NCBI GenBank assembly: GCA_046292385.1
Contig: JBKBRF010000028.1
Location: forward strand, 30,305 to 94,304
Direction of reading: 5' to 3'
DNA from: Armatimonadota bacterium
Lineage (GTDB): Bacteria > Armatimonadota > SYMT01
DNA: 64,000 nucleotides
Below the pieces are notes generated by a model. That model ran no database searches and was not told the DNA's origin. It saw only the letters and a program-made list of their open reading frames with translations. This document shows positions 38,418-45,799 of this stretch, one piece after another. How positions within the stretch are numbered: position 1 is the stretch's first letter; each line of letters starts with the position of its first letter. The translations under genes and the position numbers were made by a program.

Positions 38418-38949
38418 GCGGAGGTGCGCGGATCAGGCTCTTTCAATCATGCCAGGTTCAGGGGCCTCGCTCATCGCGGCGCGGCTATCCGCACCCAGAT
38501 CCTGGTCGGCGAGAGAGACGTTCCTCGCGAGACCGTCATCTCCACGGGGTTCCACCCCGCGCCCTCCCCGCCCGGAGCAGCCCTCCCGCGTGGGTGGCCC
38601 TCCCGCAGTCCTTTCACGCCCTTCGGGCTAGCGGACTGCTCCGGGCGTTGACACCGGCAGGCTGCGCGCCGCGTCCGTGGGCTGCGGCTGCGTCGGCACT
38701 GCGATTCACGGGCTGCTCCGGGCGGCTCAAGCGACCACCCCTCGCCAGGGATGGTCACAACTGGACCCCTCCAGCCCTGCCTGCGGCACGGCTTCCGGGC
38801 TCCGAGCAGGCACCTCGTAAGCGCCGTCTGCGTGGCGGGAGCAGCTTCTCATCGTTTTGACACAGCGCCAGGCAAGTTTCCGCACCTGAGGCGTGGTCTT
38901 AAGATCTCTCTCATTATTTGTCCGCAGCAGTTTACTAACGATTGGGAGC

Positions 38950-39762
38950 TCAAGTGTTACCCGTGGGACGGGGCGACCCTCCGCATCCACCTGCTTCTCG
39001 CTCGGGCGAACGTCTCGCGCGCTGCGGGAGGGGCAGGTCTTCGGAGGACGGCTCCCGGGCGGGGCGGGGTAGGTCCTGGGAGGGGGTGGAGGGCGCGTGG
39101 CCGGGGATCGGCAGGTGGGGCGCCTCGGCTTCGAATTCGGTGAGCTGGAGCAGCTTGCGGTAGAGCGGCAGGTTCGGATCCGGATGGGCCGAGGCCGTCT
39201 CCACCAGACGACGAAAGAGAGGCGCAGCGGACGACAGCACGGGACCGCGGCGCTTCCGCGCGGTGCGGAGCAGGGCCTGCGCGGCCGGTCCGTGGAGCGC
39301 CGACCTCTCTTCGGCCAGCACGCTGCAGAGCGCGGGCACGGCGGCGGGGTCGGCGATCTCGCTCAGTACCCCGATCAGCCGGGCCCGCCCCGGTGACGCG
39401 GTATCCTGCACCACGCCGGCGATCTGCGGCACGGCCGTTTTCCCGATGCGCACGAGACCGCGGGCAGCCTCTTGCGCCAGCTCCGGCTGGGCCTGGCCCA
39501 CGATGCGGCAGAGCAGGCGGACCGCATCCGGAGTGCGGTGCGCGATCAGCTTGCGGAGGGCCCGCTTGCGGTTTGGCCCCTGGAGAACCTGCTCGTAAAG
39601 CTCGAGGTTCTCCGGCCAGTCGACCGCGGGATCTGTCGTCCGCGGGAAGCGGTCCGGATAGCGCCACTGCAGGTACCAGATGAGCGCGATCCAGCCGAAC
39701 GTGAGGCACGGGAGAGCCGTCTTCACCAGTTCCCAGCCGAGTAGGTAGTCGAGCCAGCCCAT
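38950..39762 (-). CDS. N-terminally anchored HEAT-repeat protein, paralog B
   Basis: Same motifs 'LAQEAARGLVRIG', 'EIADPAAVP', 'HLPIPG..DLPRPAREP..EDLPLPQR'. Confidence 0.75.
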   Translation of the reverse strand: MGWLDYLLGWELVKTALPCLTFGWIALIWYLQWRYPDRFPRTTDPAVDWPENLELYEQVLQGPNRKRALRKLIAHRTPDAVRLLCRIVGQAQPELAQEAARGLVRIGKTAVPQIAGVVQDTASPGRARLIGVLSEIADPAAVPALCSVLAEERSALHGPAAQALLRTARKRRGPVLSSAAPLFRRLVETASAHPDPNLPLYRKLLQLTEFEAEAPHLPIPGHAPSTPSQDLPRPAREPSSEDLPLPQRARRSPEREAGGCGGSPRPTGNT

Positions 39763-39920
39763 CGCCGCGTGTCTCCCGCCAGACCTCCTTTCGCTCGCTG
39801 CCGTGTCTTTCCTCGTTCCTCGCCGGCAGGGAATCCGGCGCCGGGGAGGGAACCGCGCTTCTGGCGGGTCACCCGCCGATCGGTTCTTTCATCTCCCTGC
39901 TTCCCTCTTCAAGACTTGCC

Positions 39921-40874
39921 ATGCCTTATCCCACGCTCGGCGCCCTGGTGCGCGAAGACCCGGCCTTCGACCGCTTGATCGCTCCCGACGCGCCGATCGA
40001 GGTGCTTGCCTCCGGTTTCAAGTGGTCGGAGGGGCCGGTCTGGGTGCGGGACGGCGGCTACCTCCTCTTCTCCGACATCCCGCGCAACTCGGTGATGCGC
40101 TGGCAGGAGGGCCGCGGGCCGGGCGAGGAGCTTTCGGTCTTCCTGCGGCCTTCCGGCTACACCGGGGCGGCCGACTACGGCGCGGAGCCGGGCAGCAATG
40201 GGCTGGCGCTCGACCCGCAGGGGCGGCTGGTGCTGTGCGAGCACGGCGACCGCCGTGTCTCTCGCCTGGAGTGGGACGGCGGCAAGCTGACGCTGGCGGA
40301 CCGCTACCGGGGCCGGCGGCTGAACAGTCCGAACGACGTGGTCGTCCACTCCAGCGGCGCCCTCTACTTCACCGACCCGCCCTACGGGCTGCCGGGGAAC
40401 TGGGACGACCCGCGCCGGGAGCTGGAGCACTGCGGGGTCTACCGCCTCTCCCTGGAAGGCGAGCTGACGCTGCTGGAAGCCGGCATGAGCCGCCCCAACG
40501 GCCTAGCCTTCTCGCCGGACGAGCGCACGCTCTACGTCGCCAACTCCGATCCGGAGCGGGCGGTGTGGCTGAGCTTCCCGGTGCGGGACGACGGCACCCT
40601 GGGCGCAGGCGAGGTATTCGCGGACGAGACGGAGCGGGGCGGCACGCTGCTGGGGCTGCCGGACGGGTTGAAGGTCGATGCCGAGGGCCACCTGTTCGCC
40701 ACGGGGCCGGGCGGGGTGCTGGTCTTCGCTCCGGACGGGCGGCGGCTGGGCCGGATCGATACGGGAGTCGCCACCGCCAACTGCGCCTGGGGGGAGGACG
40801 GGAGCACCCTCTTCATCACCGCGCACCAGTACCTCTGCCGGGTGCGCACCCGCACGCGCGGCGCGGGGTGGTAG
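39921..40874 (+). CDS. SMP-30/gluconolactonase family protein
   Basis: 'WSEGPVW', 'LLFSDIP', 'GSNGL', 'LNSPND', 'YFTDPPYG', 'PNGLAFSPD', 'PDGLKVD'. Confidence 0.93.
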   Translation: MPYPTLGALVREDPAFDRLIAPDAPIEVLASGFKWSEGPVWVRDGGYLLFSDIPRNSVMRWQEGRGPGEELSVFLRPSGYTGAADYGAEPGSNGLALDPQGRLVLCEHGDRRVSRLEWDGGKLTLADRYRGRRLNSPNDVVVHSSGALYFTDPPYGLPGNWDDPRRELEHCGVYRLSLEGELTLLEAGMSRPNGLAFSPDERTLYVANSDPERAVWLSFPVRDDGTLGAGEVFADETERGGTLLGLPDGLKVDAEGHLFATGPGGVLVFAPDGRRLGRIDTGVATANCAWGEDGSTLFITAHQYLCRVRTRTRGAGW

Positions 40875-40887
40875 CGGAGGCGGTGGG

Positions 40888-41880
40888 GTGAGCTGCCCCC
40901 GGGTGCCGCCGCGGCTGCACTTCTACCTGGCGCGCGCGGCGCCGGTGGGGCTGCTCCTGCGCCGCGGCCCGACGGAGTGGGTGCGGCTGATCGGGTGGAA
41001 CACGGAGGACGACACCTTCGAGCCGGGCGCCTGGTTCCGCGGGCGGATCTACGCGGAGAAGTGCGACCTCTCCCCGGACGGCCGGCTCTTCGTCTACTTT
41101 GCGGCGAAATTCGGCCGCGGCGGGTGGGCGGAGCCGGACGCGTTCTATCGCGAGGTGCTGGAGCAGGCCGCCGCATCGGTCCGGCGACGGGGCAGCCGCG
41201 TCGAGGTGGCCGGACCGCCCGAGGGAGCGGCCGCGGCGGTGATGGATGACGGCTACGGCGAGGCCTGGACCGCCGTGAGCCGGCCGCCCTGGCTCTACGC
41301 GCACGCGCTCTGGCCGCAGGGGACGACTTACAACGGTGGGGGCAGCTTCCTGGGGAACGACCAGCTGCTGCTGCATGCCGGCTATCTGCTGCCGAAAGCT
41401 CACCCCCAGCACCGGCCGCCGCGAGCGCTGCGCATCGAGACGAGCCCCGATCTGCCGACCGATTTCCGCTCCGTGCTGCGCCGGAGGCTGACGGCATCCG
41501 GCTGGCGCTTCTCTCCGCACCCGGGCGGGCTGGTGGCACGCGCGCTCAACACGGCCTTCGCCGGGACTCCGGGACCGTTTCCAGCGGTGAAGCCGCATCC
41601 GCAGGCGAGGTATGCCCTGGAGCTTCACGACAACCCGCAGGAGCTCTTCCCGCAGTCCGCCCGGTTCTTCCTCCGCTGCGATCCGGACGAGCCGGAGCCG
41701 CTCCAGGTGGAGTGGGCCGACTGGGACCACCGCGGGCGGCTGGTCTACACGGCGGAAGGCCGGCTCTGGGCGCGGGAGGTGCGGAACGGCGCCCTGCAGC
41801 CGCCGCGGGAGCTGTACGACTTCCGCGACATGCAGCCGGACCCGGTGCCTCCACCGGAATGGGCGACGCGATGGGGGTGA
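40888..41880 (+). CDS. Conserved hypothetical protein (Trp-rich, SPDG motif), paralog 1
   Basis: GGAGG RBS and GTG; shares long motifs with the adjacent 41877-42779. Confidence 0.75.
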   Translation: MSCPRVPPRLHFYLARAAPVGLLLRRGPTEWVRLIGWNTEDDTFEPGAWFRGRIYAEKCDLSPDGRLFVYFAAKFGRGGWAEPDAFYREVLEQAAASVRRRGSRVEVAGPPEGAAAAVMDDGYGEAWTAVSRPPWLYAHALWPQGTTYNGGGSFLGNDQLLLHAGYLLPKAHPQHRPPRALRIETSPDLPTDFRSVLRRRLTASGWRFSPHPGGLVARALNTAFAGTPGPFPAVKPHPQARYALELHDNPQELFPQSARFFLRCDPDEPEPLQVEWADWDHRGRLVYTAEGRLWAREVRNGALQPPRELYDFRDMQPDPVPPPEWATRWG

Positions 41881-42779
41881 ACCCGCCGGGAGGCGCCGCC
41901 GAGGAGGGTCCGCCGGGCACCCCGCGTCCGCCGGCGCGCCTGTTCGCGATCCTCGCCCGCGAGGCGCCGGTCGGTGTGATCTTCCGCCGCGGCCCCACCG
42001 AGTGGACCCGGCTGATCCGGTGGGATACCGCGAACGACACCTTCGAGCCGGGACACTGGTTCCGGGGATCGATCTACACCGGCGAGAGCGACCTTTCCCC
42101 CGACGGAAAGCTGCTGGTCTACCACGCCGCGAAGTGGGGGAAGTGGTCCGCCTACTATGAGGCGCTACAAGCCGGGGACCTGAAGGGGCAGCGCGAGAGT
42201 ATGGAGCACTGGACGGCGATCAGCAAGCCGCCGTGGCTCACCGCCCTCGCTCTCTGGCCGCCTTACCTGACCTACGGGGGCGGCTTCTTCGCCTCGAACC
42301 GGCAGGTGGTCCTCTACCTGCCTCACGAGGGCCTGCGACCCTTCCCGGACAAGCGCCCCCGGGGCGTCAAGGTAAGCTCCGACGACGATTGGAAGGGCGA
42401 TCCCTCCCTCTTCACTTGCGGCTGGACCGTGACCTACTACTGGCAGTACGACAAGCCGAAGGTCTGGCGCACGCCCCACGTCCGGGAGAAGCCGCGTCCC
42501 GGCGGCGGCCCCACGCTGGTCCACACGATTGATTACCGATCGAAGGCGAAGTGGCCCGACCGCTACGAGCTGCGGAAGGGCGACGGCAGCCTGGAGGAGC
42601 TTCCCGGCGCCGACTGGGCCAACTGGGACAAGGCCGGCCGCCTGGTCTACGCCGCCGCCGGCAAGCTCTGGGCGCGCGACGCGGTGAAGCGCCGCCTCCA
42701 GCCGCCCCGCGAGCTCGCCGACTTCAACGCGATGGAGCCGGAAGCGATCCCACCCCCGGACTGGGCGAAGAGTTGGTAG
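41877..42779 (+). CDS. Conserved hypothetical protein (Trp-rich, SPDG motif), paralog 2
   Basis: GTGA overlap with the paralog 1 stop (ATG 41871 also possible); 'RRGPTEW.RLI.W', 'DTFEPG.WFRG.IY', 'DLSPDG', 'LQPPREL.DF'. Confidence 0.75.
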   Translation: MNPPGGAAEEGPPGTPRPPARLFAILAREAPVGVIFRRGPTEWTRLIRWDTANDTFEPGHWFRGSIYTGESDLSPDGKLLVYHAAKWGKWSAYYEALQAGDLKGQRESMEHWTAISKPPWLTALALWPPYLTYGGGFFASNRQVVLYLPHEGLRPFPDKRPRGVKVSSDDDWKGDPSLFTCGWTVTYYWQYDKPKVWRTPHVREKPRPGGGPTLVHTIDYRSKAKWPDRYELRKGDGSLEELPGADWANWDKAGRLVYAAAGKLWARDAVKRRLQPPRELADFNAMEPEAIPPPDWAKSW

Positions 42780-42821
42780 CCGGCCGCCAGCCCTATGTGC
42801 AGAGGCCGGGAAGGTTTTTCA

Positions 42822-42852
42822 CTTGACAGTCAAGCGGCCGCTGCGTTATACG
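42822..42852 (+). promoter_or_regulatory. sigma70-type cas3 promoter with palindrome over the -35 box
   Basis: TTGACA at 42823-42828 inside CTTGAC-A-GTCAAG; imperfect -10 (TATACG) 18 bp downstream. Confidence 0.55.
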
Positions 42853-42857
42853 GATAG

Positions 42858-42871
42858 CGAACGAAAGTTCG
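42858..42871. promoter_or_regulatory. Putative LexA (Gram-positive-type SOS) box
   Basis: Perfect CGAAC-GAAA-GTTCG between the predicted -10 and the GGAGG RBS of cas3. Confidence 0.55.
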
Positions 42872-42890
42872 TATTCGGCAGGAGGCCATC

Positions 42891-45077
42891 ATGGCTGTTT
42901 ACGTGGCGCATACGCCCAACCCGGGGGGTAATTGGCACTCGCTCTCGGAGCACCTGCGGGAGGTCGCCCGCCTCGCGCGGGAGTTCGGAGCGCCGATCGG
43001 CGTGGGAGAGCTGGCCTACTGGGCCGGCCTCTGGCACGACCTCGGGAAGTACACGCCGGAGTTCCAGCAGTACCTCCGCGCCTGTCACACCGCGGCGCTG
43101 ACCGGGAGTACACCCCCACCGCGCGGAGATGCTCCGCACAAACAGTTCGGCGCCGCCCTCGCCGTGCACTATGGGGCTTCACTGCTCGGCTTCGCGATCC
43201 TGGGGCACCACGGGGGGCTCCCGGAGCGGGCGGAGCTGAAGCGGGAGGCTGCGGAACGATCCCTCCCCTCGCTCGCGGAGCTGCTGGAGACGGCCGGCGC
43301 CGACCTGCCGGAGTTGAAGATGCGGCCGGACCTCGCCGCGGAGCTGAGACGGCTGGCGGCGGATCCGCGCGAGGCGGATTTCCTGATCCGGATGGTCTAC
43401 TCCTGCCTGGTCGATGCCGACTCGCTCGACACTGAGGCGCACACCCGGCCGGAGGTCGCTGCCGCACGGCAGGCGCCGCGGTTGGGCCTGCACGAGATGC
43501 GGGACCGGCTCCACGAGGACCAGGCGCACTTGCAGGCGCAGGCAGCGGTAACTCCGTTGAACGCTCTCCGGCGCCAGATTTACGAGGCCTGCGCGGCAGC
43601 GGCGGCAGGGGCCCCGGGCGTCTACCGGCTCACGGTGCCGACCGGCGGCGGTAAGACCCGAAGCTCGCTCGCCTTCGCGCTGGAGCACGCGGTGGAGCAT
43701 GGGCTCCGCGGGGTGATCTACGCAATCCCTTACACCAGCATCGTGGAGCAGACCGTCGGGGAGTTCGAGAAGATCCTGGGAGAAGAGGCGGTGCTGGAGC
43801 ATCACTCCGCCGTCGAGCCGGACGCCCGCAGTAAGCGCGAGGAATGGCTGCGGCGGCTGGAGTGCCAGAACTGGGATGCTCCCCTGGTGGTGACGACCAC
43901 GGTGCAGCTCTTCGAGAGCCTGTTCGGGAACCGGCCCGCCCGCTCTCGAAAGGTCCACCGGATGGCCCGCTCGGTCATCGTGCTGGACGAGGTGCAGGCG
44001 CTGCCACCCAAGCTTCTGCGCCCGTTGGTAGACGGGCTGCGCTTGCTCTGCGACCGGTACGGCAGCACGGTGCTGCTCTGCACCGCTACCCAGCCGGTGC
44101 TCGGCTGCGACGTGCTGGCAGAGGCCGGATTCCCCGACATCCCCGAGATCGCTCCGGACCCTCCGCAGCTCTTTCGGAAGCTGCAGCGGGTGGAGTTCGA
44201 TCTCTCGCCGCTGGCGGAGGGGGAGTGGACGTGGGAGCGGGTCGGTGCCGCGATGCGGGAGACGGACCAGTGCCTGGCAGTGTTGAACACCCGGCGGGAT
44301 GCCCTGGCGCTCCTCGACGCCGTGAAGGACCTCCAGCCGCTCCACCTCTCCACGCTGCTGTGTGGCCGCCACCGGCGCGACACCCTGGAGGAGATCCGGC
44401 GCCGGCTGCGCCAGGGCGAGCCGTGCTACGTCGCCTCCACGCAGGTGGTGGAGTGCGGCTGCGATCTGGACTTCCCGCGAGTGCTGCGGGCGCTCGGGCC
44501 GCTCGACCGCATTGTCCAGGCGGCGGGCCGCTGCAACCGGGAGGGGCTGCGTCCCCGGGACGAGAGTCGCGTCCTGGTCTTTCGGCCGGAAGGCGGCGGC
44601 GCTCCCCGGGGCTCTTACGCGGTGGCGCTCAGCGTTGCCGACCGCCTGCTCCGCGGCGATGCCAACCTGCACGACCCCGCGCTCTACGAGCGGTACTTCC
44701 GCGAAGCGTTCCTGCAGGACGACACCGACGCCCGCGGCGTCCAGAAGTCGCGGAAGGAGCTCGACTTCCCCGCGGTGGCGGAGAAGGTGCGCCTGATTCC
44801 GGAGGAGACGGTCGGAATCCTGGTCCGCTACAAGCCGGCGGAGGCGGAGATCGAGGCACTGCTGGAGGAGATCCGCGACTGGCGCCAGATGACCTCAGAG
44901 CTGTGGCGCCGCGTGCAGCCGTTCCTCGTCTCCGTCTCCGCCCACGAGTTCGACCGCTTCCGGAATCAAGCCCTGGTCCACGAAGAGGTACCCGACCTCT
45001 GGCTCTGGCTCGGCAGCTACGACCCGGTGCGCGGTCTCACCGACGCCCAGCGGGACCCGGCTGATCTGATCATCTGA
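42891..45077 (+). CDS. cas3: CRISPR-associated helicase/nuclease Cas3 (type I-C)
   Basis: HD domain 'HL..VA', 'WHDLGK', 'GHHGG', 'LVDAD'; SF2 helicase 'PTGGGKT', 'DEVQ', 'TAT', 'QAAGRCNR'. Confidence 0.97.
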   Translation: MAVYVAHTPNPGGNWHSLSEHLREVARLAREFGAPIGVGELAYWAGLWHDLGKYTPEFQQYLRACHTAALTGSTPPPRGDAPHKQFGAALAVHYGASLLGFAILGHHGGLPERAELKREAAERSLPSLAELLETAGADLPELKMRPDLAAELRRLAADPREADFLIRMVYSCLVDADSLDTEAHTRPEVAAARQAPRLGLHEMRDRLHEDQAHLQAQAAVTPLNALRRQIYEACAAAAAGAPGVYRLTVPTGGGKTRSSLAFALEHAVEHGLRGVIYAIPYTSIVEQTVGEFEKILGEEAVLEHHSAVEPDARSKREEWLRRLECQNWDAPLVVTTTVQLFESLFGNRPARSRKVHRMARSVIVLDEVQALPPKLLRPLVDGLRLLCDRYGSTVLLCTATQPVLGCDVLAEAGFPDIPEIAPDPPQLFRKLQRVEFDLSPLAEGEWTWERVGAAMRETDQCLAVLNTRRDALALLDAVKDLQPLHLSTLLCGRHRRDTLEEIRRRLRQGEPCYVASTQVVECGCDLDFPRVLRALGPLDRIVQAAGRCNREGLRPRDESRVLVFRPEGGGAPRGSYAVALSVADRLLRGDANLHDPALYERYFREAFLQDDTDARGVQKSRKELDFPAVAEKVRLIPEETVGILVRYKPAEAEIEALLEEIRDWRQMTSELWRRVQPFLVSVSAHEFDRFRNQALVHEEVPDLWLWLGSYDPVRGLTDAQRDPADLII

Positions 45078-45175
45078 GGGTTTTTGCGGAACGTGGATGA
45101 GATTGCGTTTCTGAACGGAACTTAAGTGTGAGTAAGCGACCGGGTCGCCGGTCGTAGGGAGGACGAGCGAACGCT

Positions 45176-45799
45176 ATGCCGCCCCTGGAAGTGAAAGTGT
45201 GGGGAGACTACGCCTGCTTTACGCGTCCCGAGCAAAAAGTGGAGCGGGTGAGCTACCACGTGATGACCCCCTCCGCCGCGCGCGGAATCCTGGAGGCGGT
45301 CTTCTGGAAGCCGGAGTTCACCTGGCAGGTGCGAGAGATCGCCGTGCTCAAGCCGATCCGCTTCTTCTCCATCCTGCGGAATGAGCTGCAGCGCAAGGCG
45401 AGCCCCCGGTCGGAGCAGCCGTTCTTTATCGAGGACGATCGCACCCAACGCCATACGCTCGGTCTGCGTGACGTGGCGTACGTGATCCGGGCCGAGATGG
45501 CGCTGCGGCCCCACTGCCCGGACGATCCCGCCAAGTACCGGGACCAGTTCCGCCGCCGGCTGGAGCGCGGCCAGTGCTTCCACCGTCCGGCGCTCGGCTG
45601 CCGTGAGTTCGCCGCCGACTTCGCCCCGCCCGAGCCGGATGACCGCCCGGTCGCGCTCGACATCGATCTGGGGTTGATGCTCTTCGACCTGGAGTACCGC
45701 GGAGCGTCCGGCCCGCACGAGCCGCGCTTCTTCTCGGCGTCACTGAATCAAGGCGTGCTCCGCGTGCCGCAGAGCCTCTACGGAGGGCGCGCGTCATGA
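45176..45799 (+). CDS. cas5: Type I-C Cas5 (Cas5d)
   Basis: 'VWGDYACFTRPEQKVERVSY.VMTPSAARGILEAVFWKP', 'GQCF..P.LGCREF'. Confidence 0.97.
   Translation: MPPLEVKVWGDYACFTRPEQKVERVSYHVMTPSAARGILEAVFWKPEFTWQVREIAVLKPIRFFSILRNELQRKASPRSEQPFFIEDDRTQRHTLGLRDVAYVIRAEMALRPHCPDDPAKYRDQFRRRLERGQCFHRPALGCREFAADFAPPEPDDRPVALDIDLGLMLFDLEYRGASGPHEPRFFSASLNQGVLRVPQSLYGGRAS

Noticed and set aside
38540..38562. T-box motif (GGTGGAACC on the minus strand)
   Set aside because: Explained by a simple GGGGT-GGA-ACCCC hairpin; no Stem I or terminator, and no amino-acid-related gene downstream.
45078..45175. Mini-array or CreA/CreR-like degenerate repeat between cas3 and cas5
   Set aside because: Only a short CGACCGG hairpin and a GTCGC pentamer; no recognisable repeat-spacer-repeat or ATTGAAAC handle.
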